64,000 nucleotides of DNA from Rhynchobatus australiae (lineage: Eukaryota): contig JAUZTB010000027.1 in assembly GCA_034780895.1 (NCBI GenBank), positions 38,293,631 to 38,357,630 of the forward strand. The letters run 5' to 3'. Shown piece by piece: positions 39,015-48,846 of the stretch. The notes beneath the pieces are model-generated. The model was not told where the DNA came from, did not search any database, and saw only the letters and a list, made by a program, of their open reading frames with translations. The translations under genes and the position numbers were made by a program. Position 1 is the first letter of the stretch, and every line of letters starts with the position of its first letter.

Positions 39015-41142
39015 TATATACGCGGGCAGGCCGTTCAGTTCTGGTGGGGTTTCTGCAGGGGACGTGCTGCTAACCACGTACGACTGTCACCGAGCCTGGA
39101 CCCTCAGAACCTGGCACCAGGAGGATGATGCAGGCTAGGTTGGCAGCACACAACCCCTCGTGGTGGGATACCCAGCAGTAGTGGCCTGCAGTTGGGATAG
39201 TGGCCATCAAAGGTGGTGTTCCAGCTCCCCAGCAGGGGAAGGCCATGCACCAGTTCTGGTCAGGAAGACTCCAGTGAGGACTACAACACCGACATCCCCT
39301 GTCTCCTACACTCCACCTTCCAGTATTCTGAACAAATTCATTGCTCTCTTTTGACTCAACAGGAACGGACTGCTCGGATTTAAATTACAGCCTTCAAATT
39401 TTATGCACGTGAACAATTTTATCATTGAAGCAATATTTTGGTCAGTCTTCTGCTGGATATTGACTTGAAACCTGTTTTCTTTTAAGCTAGTTATTGTTGG
39501 TGTGGGGCAATGTTTTCTGAATGCTTTTGATTAAAATCCAAGATTCCCAGTGGAGTGCCTGCTTTGAACAGGAACTCTTGTTGTGATCGACAGTTACTAA
39601 TCTGTACAACTTCTATTAGTACATGTCAATTACAGGGGCTGAGCCTGGTTGACCTTTTCTCTGGATAAACTTCACTCCTTCATTTTTTTGAGTGGCTGAT
39701 TAAAAATATGATAAAAATATGAACTGTTATGTCTACATCCTCACAAGAATATTAATTCTTCACTGCAACAACCTGAGTATTCCCATCGTGCACTCTGAGC
39801 TTTGGATCAGCTTTGAGGAGTAGGATTATCAAGGAAACTGGGATTTGGAGGGTTGGTAGGGGAGGCGGGTGGGGGGGGGAGGGCCAGGATTTTGGGGATT
39901 AAGGCTCAAGAATGTGAATAGGCGGATGGGGTTGGGTTCCATTTGGGCAGGAGTTCAATCGGGGAGGGTTGGTTGAATGAAGTTTACAGCAGGAGGGAGC
40001 TGGGAGAATTTGATGGTTGGAACAAAGGGATTAAAAATTCCTCAACGATTTCCTGTCTTTCAGAAGATTCAAGTGCTGGCCTGACCTTTAAGTAACAGAA
40101 AAGTACCCTGGACCTGTCTTGTGCTCCAGTATAAAAGGGCAGCCCCATTCATAGGTCACANNNNNNNNNNNNNNNNNNNNNNNNNNNNNNNNNNNNNNNN
40201 NNNNNNNNNNNNNNNNNNNNNNNNNNNNNNNNNNNNNNNNNNNNNNNNNNNNNNNNNNNNNNNNNNNNNNNNNNNNNNNNNNNNNNNNNNNNNNNNNNNN
40301 NNNNNNNNNNNNNNNNNNNNNNNNNNNNNNNNNNNNNNNNNNNNNNNNNNNNNNNNNNNNNNNNNNNNNNNNNNNNNNNNNNNNNNNNNNNNNNNNNNNN
40401 NNNNNNNNNNNNNNNNNNNNNNNNNNNNNNNNNNNNNNNNNNNNNNNNNNNNNNNNNNNNNNNNNNNNNNNNNNNNNNNNNNNNNNNNNNNNNNNNNNNN
40501 NNNNNNNNNNNNNNNNNNNNNNNNNNNNNNNNNNNNNNNNNNNNNNNNNNNNNNNNNNNNNNNNNNNNNNNNNNNNNNNNNNNNNNNNNNNNNNNNNNNN
40601 NNNNNNNNNNNNNNNNNNNNNNNNNNNNNNNNNNNNNNNNNNNNNNNNNNNNNNNNNNNNNNNNNNNNNNNNNNNNNNNNNNNNNNNNNNNNNNNNNNNN
40701 NNNNNNNNNNNNNNNNNNNNNNNNNNNNNNNNNNNNNNNNNNNNNNNNNNNNNNNNNNNNNNNNNNNNNNNNNNNNNNNNNNNNNNNNNNNNNNNNNNNN
40801 NNNNNNNNNNNNNNNNNNNNNNNNNNNNNNNNNNNNNNNNNNNNNNNNNNNNNNNNNNNNNNNNNNNNNNNNNNNNNNNNNNNNNNNNNNNNNNNNNNNN
40901 NNNNNNNNNNNNNNNNNNNNNNNNNNNNNNNNNNNNNNNNNNNNNNNNNNNNNNNNNNNNNNNNNNNNNNNNNNNNNNNNNNNNNNNNNNNNNNNNNNNN
41001 NNNNNNNNNNNNNNNNNNNNNNNNNNNNNNNNNNNNNNNNNNNNNNNNNNNNNNNNNNNNNNNNNNNNNNNNNNNNNNNNNNNNNNNNNNNNNNNNNNNN
41101 NNNNNNNNNNNNNNNNNNNNNNNNNNNNNNNNNNNNNNNNNN

Positions 41143-41273
41143 TGGGAGGAAACCGGAGCACCCGGAGGAAACCCACGCAGACACGGGGAGAACGTACAAA
41201 CTCCTTACAGACGGTGGCCGGAATTGAACCCGGGTCGCTGGCGCTGTAAAGCGTTAAGCTAACTGCTACACTA
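41143..41273 (-). mobile_element. tRNA-derived V-SINE (HE1-related), 5' part
   Basis: Reverse complement has B-box ggttcaattcc and V-domain gagtttgtacgttctccccgtgtctgcgtgggtttcctccgggtgctccggtttcctccca. Confidence 0.85.
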
Positions 41274-41404
41274 AATTAGGGGAAGCTAAAAAAGAGTTTC
41301 TCTTAGTTTAGTCTTCCTTCTCTCTCTCTGTGGAATTCCTCAGTTCTTCCTCTGAGTTCAGGGGACTTGTGGACATGATTAGGTTTTTCACAGTAATTAA
41401 AAAT

Positions 41405-41545
41405 AAAAAACATAAAACAGAAACACTTAGCATTCAGAAATGGTTCTGACGAAGGGTTTTCATCCTGAAATGTTGACCCTGTTTCTCTTTTCACAGATGC
41501 TACCTGATCTGCTGAGTGTTTCCAGCATTTTCTATTTTTATTTTA
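41405..41545 (+). mobile_element. pLTR-like repeat with a minimal hammerhead motif (41436-41486) and a partial inverted copy upstream
   Basis: agaaatggtt-CTGACGA-AGGG ttttca TCCT-GAAA-TGTT-gacc ct gtttct, followed by cacagatgctacctgatctgctgagtgtttccagc. Confidence 0.65.
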
Positions 41546-43353
41546 GGTCACTCACAGCTTTGAGCATGTTGGACCCTTGTGTTTGTTCCAGGTACAACTT
41601 CTATGGTTAAAATGTTTTTAATCCAAACCCCTGGTCATTTTCTACAGCTCTTTACACCTTCAATTCTGAAGTAGTTAACTATTTCTCTTTTAATCAGTTT
41701 AAAGTGACCAAGTGTAGGGGCAATATTTTCTACATCCTCACACTCCTATGCGTGGAATCTTTTTACCTGGCTTCACTTTTCATTGATGTGGTTCCAATGC
41801 TGTTCTCAATTTCCTTCACACCAATCAGTGAGATCACCCTATAACCACTCCCCTTTAGAGTGAATTGCTACAGATTAAAGCTCAATAAGCCCTCTGTTGT
41901 GAAGTTAACCATTTTCCCATCAGAATGTATTGACTAATTGGTGTAGAAGCATCCATATTAGGTGTTAACGTTGTGATACAGGCAGCATCTGTGGAGAGAG
42001 ATTCAGAGCAAACGTTCCAGGTTGAAGAACCTTTATCCATTCATATACCAGGGCAGGCCGTTCAGTTCTGGTGGGGTTTCACCCCCTAACATTCTCCCTC
42101 CCTACAGGGGATGTACTGCTAACCATGTACNNNNNNNNNNNNNNNNNNNNNNNNNNNNNNNNNNNNNNNNNNNNNNNNNNNNNNNNNNNNNNNNNNNNNN
42201 NNNNNNNNNNNNNNNNNNNNNNNNNNNNNNNNNNNNNNNNNNNNNNNNNNNNNNNNNNNNNNNNNNNNNNNNNNNNNNNNNNNNNNNNNNNNNNNNNNNN
42301 NNNNNNNNNNNNNNNNNGATCCCGACTCACTCACTGGTCTTGATAAATGACAACATCTCATTAATTGAATCTTCATCCCACCCCCACAACAAAACCAACA
42401 TTTTGGAAAGATGTAACTATACTGAATGGGAATTTAAATGTTGGCCACTTGGTGATAATATCTTGGTGATAGAAAATAGTTTCATGTAGTTATTGGAGTA
42501 AGTGTCATTAGTACTTTAAACATTGCATTAATGGTACTTTCATTTATATTGACTAACCCGTTGAAATTGTTAAGCCACTTGTGCTGTTGTGTTGGTACCT
42601 GCAGTGGTGAGTTTGCTGTTAGTACTGGTCAGAGTCTATTTCTTCTCCTTGGTCTCCCTGCTCTGCTTGATACTCCCAGGAGAACTTGAATGGCCCCATC
42701 AGGGACATGGGGCAAACTCTCCCTTCCTGAACACTGGCAACATCGATGTCCTGTCTACCCAATTGTGCAGCCCATTCACTTGTGGCAGACCTTGAAATGT
42801 TGCAGCAACACCAGGTATATGACCCAGCAGGCACAGGCATTTTCTACAACGGATATCATTCCTCATTTGAAACTTACCCAAAGTGGTCAACACAGTAGAA
42901 CGTGGGCAAGTGCGTTTAACTCGACCAGATTTGGAGAATCTAACCAAGTGCTTTCATTTCGCAGACTAGCTGTAGCAATTATTATTTTTGCCTACTCAGT
43001 TAAATGTTTGAACAACCTGTGATTGAAATCCATGTAGTTTGACAAGTGTGTCACCAATCATCCTTAACTGATAGAGAAGCACAGTTTATGGAGATGTTCC
43101 ATTTCAACTGTGCCAACCTGACTTTGGAGATCAGACTTCCAAACACCAGCTACATGCTCAAAGAATTAGTTAGAGTCTGGTCTCCAATGCTGAGGGTGAG
43201 TTTGCTCCACTCCAACATCGTTCGCTGTTGAAGGGAGGACAGGAAGCAGCAAGAACAACAACAACAACAAGGCCGTGATTATCTGACCACCACTGCTGGG
43301 GCTGGCAATTGCTCCTTATTGCAAACACTGTGACCCTTAACTGACCTTTGCAG

Positions 43354-43368
43354 TGACTGAGCTGTCTG
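43354..43368 (+). CDS. NRN1L: Candidate start of NRN1L exon 2 (V-T-E-L-S...); the remainder is inside the N gap 43369-43741
   Basis: Branch-like ccttaac/ctgac followed by ctttgcAG at 43352-43353. A phase-1 join to exon 1 (g+tg = Val) stays open into the gap. I found no CD..YKGF..CL..LGD exon in the sequenced parts of 23020-47627. Confidence 0.4.
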
Positions 43369-43835
43369 NNNNNNNNNNNNNNNNNNNNNNNNNNNNNNNN
43401 NNNNNNNNNNNNNNNNNNNNNNNNNNNNNNNNNNNNNNNNNNNNNNNNNNNNNNNNNNNNNNNNNNNNNNNNNNNNNNNNNNNNNNNNNNNNNNNNNNNN
43501 NNNNNNNNNNNNNNNNNNNNNNNNNNNNNNNNNNNNNNNNNNNNNNNNNNNNNNNNNNNNNNNNNNNNNNNNNNNNNNNNNNNNNNNNNNNNNNNNNNNN
43601 NNNNNNNNNNNNNNNNNNNNNNNNNNNNNNNNNNNNNNNNNNNNNNNNNNNNNNNNNNNNNNNNNNNNNNNNNNNNNNNNNNNNNNNNNNNNNNNNNNNN
43701 NNNNNNNNNNNNNNNNNNNNNNNNNNNNNNNNNNNNNNNNNTCCCCACAAAGGCAGGTGTAATGCGGATTTTAAAGTCTGAGGTCACTGGGGTGTAATAT
43801 TGACCGCGCTATGAAGCTCGCACTCCCAGCTAATT

Positions 43836-43990
43836 CAGAGACACAAGAGACTGCAGATGTTGGAATCTGGGGCAACAAACAATCTGCTGGAGGAACTCAG
43901 CAGGTCGAGCAGCGTCGATGGAATTCCCTTCCTCCCACAGATGCCGTTCGACCCGCTGCACTCCTCCAGCCGTTCGTTTGTTGCTCCCAG
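43836..43990. repeat. Fold-back pair of the pLTR-like repeat (arms about 43867-43921 and 43935-43990)
   Basis: ctggggcaacaaacaatctgctggaggaactcagcaggtcgagcagcgtc pairs with gatgccgttcgacccgctgcactcctccagccgttcgtttgttgctcccag. Confidence 0.8.
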
Positions 43991-44171
43991 CTAATCCCAC
44001 AATTTTCCTGCAAAGTCCGACAGTTCAAACTTACCTCCCACCACTTTGTCCCTTCACAGTGTAGTGCAATCTCCAGTGTCCGTAACTGCTTCAAAAGAAG
44101 TGACGGTTAGTCTCTGTGGGCGGGAAGGGCCAGTGCTGTTCAGGCATTTCCATGGCTGTGTTTAACTGGAA

Positions 44172-44335
44172 GCCACGGCTCCGTTGGATGCGCCCTCGCC
44201 TCTGAGTCAGTACCTATGGGTTCAAGTCCCATCCCTCAGATGACCATAACACGGGAAGCCAACATCCCAATGCAATACTGAGGCAGGGCCACATTCAGGG
44301 CGACTGGTTTTAGATAAGGTTGTTTAAACCCCTCA
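44172..44335 (+). mobile_element. DeuSINE/SacSINE1-like SINE 5' part (tRNA-like head)
   Basis: ggctccgttgg...gcctctgagtcag...gggttcaagtccc (A/B box remnants) followed by caatgcaatactgagg. Confidence 0.55.
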
Positions 44336-44770
44336 TCTTATTGAGTGCTCTGCTGTTACTCTCTGAAATAGCTCCGTCCCAGTTAATAACTCATCCCACG
44401 GTTTCATGTCTATGTTGACACTCACTTTGGCACTGACTTGACCTTAAAATCCTCATCTCTGTTCCTTGCATGGCCCAGGCTCTCACTGACTTATGAATGA
44501 CCACCAGCACCACTATTCTCCAAGATATTTACACTCCTCCGATTATTCGCTCAGTCACATCTCTGAATTGATTCGAGCAATCGGACATCTACCTGTCAAG
44601 ATTCTAAGCACTGGAACTCTCCCCTCCCCTCCCATAAACCTCTCTGAATTGCTCTTCTTTTTTACAAAACCCATGTAAATAGCTCTGGCTGTAGGTGGGT
44701 GGCAATTATGCTCACGCACACACAAAATTGTTGCTGNNNNNNNNNNNNNNNNNNNNNNNNNNNNNNNNNN

Positions 44771-44862
44771 AACGGTAGAAACACTCAGCAGGACAGGCAG
44801 CATCTGTGGAGAGAGAAACAGAATTATCTTTACAGGTTGAAAACTTTCTGTCAGAACTGGGA
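44771..44862 (-). mobile_element. pLTR-like repeat with a decayed hammerhead motif
   Basis: aaacactcagcaggacaggcagcatctgtggagagagaaacag...caggttgaaaactttctgtcagaac. Confidence 0.55.
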
Positions 44863-46534
44863 AGGAGAGAAAATAAGTTAATATAATGTTGCAGGGAGGA
44901 TAGGAGAGGGATGGATAGGATTAAGGGAATATCTCCGATACTGTGGGGCCCGGGGATTAGCTATAAACCGAGTTATCAGGTCAGTGAATTATTGGAGACA
45001 GTGAGAGAGGACATGGTCTTTTATGGGAGTTGAGAGGCATGTGAGAGAAACTAAGCTGCAGGGAAGTAGGTGGGGGAGTGAGATTGATGGGATTGATGGG
45101 ATTGATGTGAGAGCTAGCAGAGACTTGAAGGCGTGAGTAGCCTCCTTCTGTGTTGTAATATGAACAGTGAGTATAGTTCAAAACTTCTTCATCGACTGTA
45201 GATGGTTTGGGACATCCTGAGGTCATGAAAGGTGCCATAGAAATGCAAGTCCTTTGCGTGGGTAAATACATTTCTTGAGTATATCTCCCCACTCTGGGCC
45301 AAAGAGCAGGGAGATCCCACAGTGACTGCTGGCACTCAGGACACTGCTGTTCCTGCACTGACCACAGGGTCCTGGCCGATGTCCTTCAGTGTGGACCCCA
45401 TCTGACTGTTGGTGCCTCACAGATCTGGTGCTCCACCAAGGCTCAGTCTAGCTCCAAGTTGATAGTTTGCGTTCCATCTGCTGATGAGGAGACAGGCAGT
45501 GATCCTTCCTTTCCTTTTGCATCCTTCCCCACCATCTGCAACCTTCCTCCTCATTTATCCCTGCCATAGTGTGACAATGTTAAAAAATCAAATCACTGAA
45601 CCCATAGAGCCGGCACGGAGCAGTAACAGCTTCCGTGTGTTTTAACAAACATAAAAATTGCTACAATTGGAAAAATATTAATAGTAAAAAGAAAATTGCT
45701 CTTGGATTGATAATTTCCAAGTTTGTTCAGATGTCCAGCAAACAATTTATGATCCAACTCGATCTGCAGGACCATACTTTCCACTCCAACATACCCCACC
45801 TCTCACTCCAATTGATTCCTCCTTCCCAGCTGTGGATGTGCTCTTCATTATTCTATGTTCTCAAATGACAGGACATTTCTCACCGGCTACAGCCTATGAC
45901 ATCCAGTGAACTGTTGCCCTCTACCTTATAACTAACGTGCTATCCCAAGTAGTTACCTGTTCAGTCTTCTAATTAAAGTTACTTCCTAAATACATTCATT
46001 TCCTACAAAGTATTTAGCTGACATTCCTCTAAGCTGGAATTCAGCTTTATAATTTACTTCACGGTCCAAATCTTATAATTCATAAAGTTTATTCAGTACA
46101 TTTAGTAATAAAAACTTGCTTTAAATAAATTATATAACTGATTTTGTAATTAATNNNNNNNNNNNNNNNATCATCATATTTCTGGTTGTTTTCTATAGTT
46201 AGCTATCTATCCATTTAGAAATAATGTTGATTATTTGCTAAATTTTAAATGATCTGTCTAAAGGAAATGAATTCATTTAATAATTCAGAAGGTTGGAGGA
46301 ACAACTAGTTTTGATCTCTTAAAAGGAGAAACACTTCAATTGTTCCCACCATTTACACCGTCCACCTCATCACGGGTAGAGCCTTCGCCGAAAAGTGCCA
46401 ACCCTTACCCTAAGGACCAATTGCAAAGGCACATTGAGAGGTGTGGCAGCTATTTCAGGCAGATTTGATCATGGAATCCTTTCTGATTCTCTTACCCCTG
46501 GCTTTTGTTCATCATACATTTCTTAACGTAATTA

Positions 46535-46613
46535 AATACGGAAAATGCTGGTCAGGGAGTCTGTGGAAAGAGAAACAGTTAACATTTCAGATCAGAGAGC
46601 CTTCGACAGAATT
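46535..46613 (-). mobile_element. pLTR-like repeat with a decayed hammerhead motif
   Basis: Reverse complement: aatt-CTGTCGA-aggctctctgatct-GAAA-TGTT-aactgtttctctttccacag. Confidence 0.55.
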
Positions 46614-46729
46614 CATTGTTCATACATTGACAGAAGTTGATTTTCATTTGCTTTTTATCTGCTGACAAGTGCTTGAGGTTGCTGCTCCTCTCTCCCTCTG
46701 CCATTACTTGCTGCATCACTTTTGTATTC

Positions 46730-47222
46730 TCCCACTGTAGGAAGGATGTCACTAAGCTCGAGATGCTGCAGCAAAGGTTCAAAGGATGTTGCTGGGACTG
46801 GAGGGCTTGAGTTATAAGGAGAGACTGGATTAGCTGGGACTCTTTGCCCTGGAGCGGAGGAGGCTGAGAGATGGCCTTACAGAGGTTTATAAAGTCATAA
46901 GGTGCATAAATAAGGTAGATGGTCACAATCTGTTTCCCAGGGTAGGGGAGTCGAAAACTAGAGGGCACAGGTTTACGGTGAGAGGGGAAAGATTTAAAGG
47001 GGATCTGAGGGGCAAGTTTTTTGCAGAGATACTGGGTAGATGGAACAAGCTGCCAGAGGAGATGCAGAGTTAAAAAACATTTGGTCAGGTCCATGGATAG
47101 GAAAGGTGTGGAGGGATATGGACCAAATGCAAGCAAAAAGGATCAGCTTGGATGGGCATCTTGGTCGGCATGGATGAGTTGGGCTGAACGGCCTGTTTCC
47201 ATGCTGTATAACACTATGGATC
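46730..47222 (+). mobile_element. CR1/HER1-like LINE 3' fragment
   Basis: ctggagggcttgagttataaggagagactggat...gaggggaaagatttaaaggggatctgagggg..., tail gggctgaacggcctgtttccatgctgtataacactatg. Confidence 0.85.
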
Positions 47223-47627
47223 TAATTATTTGGACTCATGATCCGGGCCTTAGTTGCACAAAGGTGGAAATCTATCCCCTCCCTGCCCACAACTATCACC
47301 GTCCAATGGCAAGAGTGGGAAAGTCTTTATGGCACCTGAGATAAACTGTGGGGAGTGTACATGGCCAAGGCAAGGGGAAGATGGCCCAGGGAAGCCCCTG
47401 AGTTGGGGTTGATGGTGGCGTTACATAACTTGGCACCCCAGTAAACAGCAGGCTCTTCAGATGAATCAATGAGGTTACTTGATAGTGATGTTGTAACGGA
47501 CTCCTTTTCCCATTGGTGTTTCACAGGAGTTCTGGAATGAGCTGTTTCCTGGGATTTTATCTTGTGCTTGCACCTTTTGCACTACCTGAGTAGATCAAGT
47601 CACTCCTGTCTGTGCTTCTGTCTCCAG

Positions 47628-47907
47628 GTCCTGGGACAATTTCCACGCATGCGCAGACTCGGTTCTGGAAGGTTGTCCGGAGGATGCAGCCTCCATCTGG
47701 GAGTCGCTGAGGAAGGAGTCCAGGAAATTGCAGTTCCAAGGCAACTTGCATGAGCTGTGCAGTCTGAGGGTCAGGCCGTCTGGCACCATGGAAAGCTCAG
47801 ACGGGAGTGAATCGAACAGAGAGAGTCTGAGGGGCTCCGCTGGCTCCCTGTGGTGTGGACTTACAACCCCTGTCCTGTCCATTGCTGTGCTGGTGGTCAA
47901 CTTGTAG
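47628..47907 (+). CDS. NRN1L: Neuritin-like protein last exon (SWDNFHACADSVLEGCPEDAASIWESLRKESRKLQFQGNLHELC...GSESNRESLRGSAGSLWCGLTTPVLSIAVLVVNL*)
   Basis: Acceptor cttctgtctccAG at 47626-47627, stop TAG at 47905-47907. Neuritin signature W..FH.C....L.GCPE.AA.IWESLR.ES. NRN1L-type spacer (human GSETNQETLR). Hydrophobic GPI-signal-like C-terminus. Confidence 0.93.
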
Positions 47908-48840
47908 CAAAGTTACCCAGCCAGGACCTCAGGGTCAGCTCCCCTCACCAGAGAGACAAGACTCTGATGATTCTGGACACAGGCACAAAGATTGGCCAAT
48001 GTTTGGTTGTCTTTGGATATTGCATCTCTCTGTCGATTAAGGACAGTTCTTTCCACATGGTGTTGGAACTACACTAGTGTAATATATGTTTCATTCAAAG
48101 GCACACAGCTCAAACCTTTAGTTAATTTGACACACAAATATAAAAGTAGCTGCCAATGTAGTGTAGTGGGCAAATATGCAGCACAGAGGGTGCAATCCCT
48201 GCTCTGGACTGAATTAGCTGCTCTCAGATGGGGCGTGTTGGGGGATCTCAGTGCCTCTGCATTGGGGTGGAACCATTAGCCAACATGCCCGTCCCTGACT
48301 GACGTTTAGTTACTTGGGACGTGTGTCGGACCACTGAGGACAAGGCATTCCTTGGCTATGGTGCTCCCCAAAGTGAGAAACTCAAGCTGGGGAGGACTCT
48401 CGGTAACTGCGGAAAAGCATGTCAACAAATTTCAGTGGGTTCTGGGAAGAAGGGGCTAAAGAAGAGATTGGCATGAAACCAAGGGGAGGTCAAGGCTATG
48501 ATTTTCTCAACCAATCAGTGGAAGTAGTAGGAACAATAAGAAGATGTGCCTTTGTATTGGGAATCTGAATGAATTGGTTAATGTGCAATTATGTGGAGAA
48601 ATGGAAGGACTCACTTGCATGTTTGCTGCCTTTGGTCATTTTGGCTTTCTTGGCCATGGTCTCCACATTAGTCATCGGCTGAAACCTTCCCTAGGACATG
48701 TGAACATCATCTAAGTGTAGTCTCTGTGTAGTTGATCCCATCGATTAGATGGATGCTGAGGATCTTAAACCACTAGTTGGAGAGGAGCAGGAAGGTTTCC
48801 TGACATCCAGACCAACATCAGCCGACAGGACCATGAAACA

Positions 48841-48846
48841 AATAAA
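48841..48846 (+). terminator. Candidate NRN1L polyadenylation signal AATAAA
   Basis: First AATAAA I found downstream of the NRN1L stop codon; no transcript support. Confidence 0.35.

Noticed and set aside
47557-47900. Track ORFs at 47557-47900 on both strands
   Set aside because: Alternative-frame or antisense shadows of the real NRN1L exon at 47628-47907.
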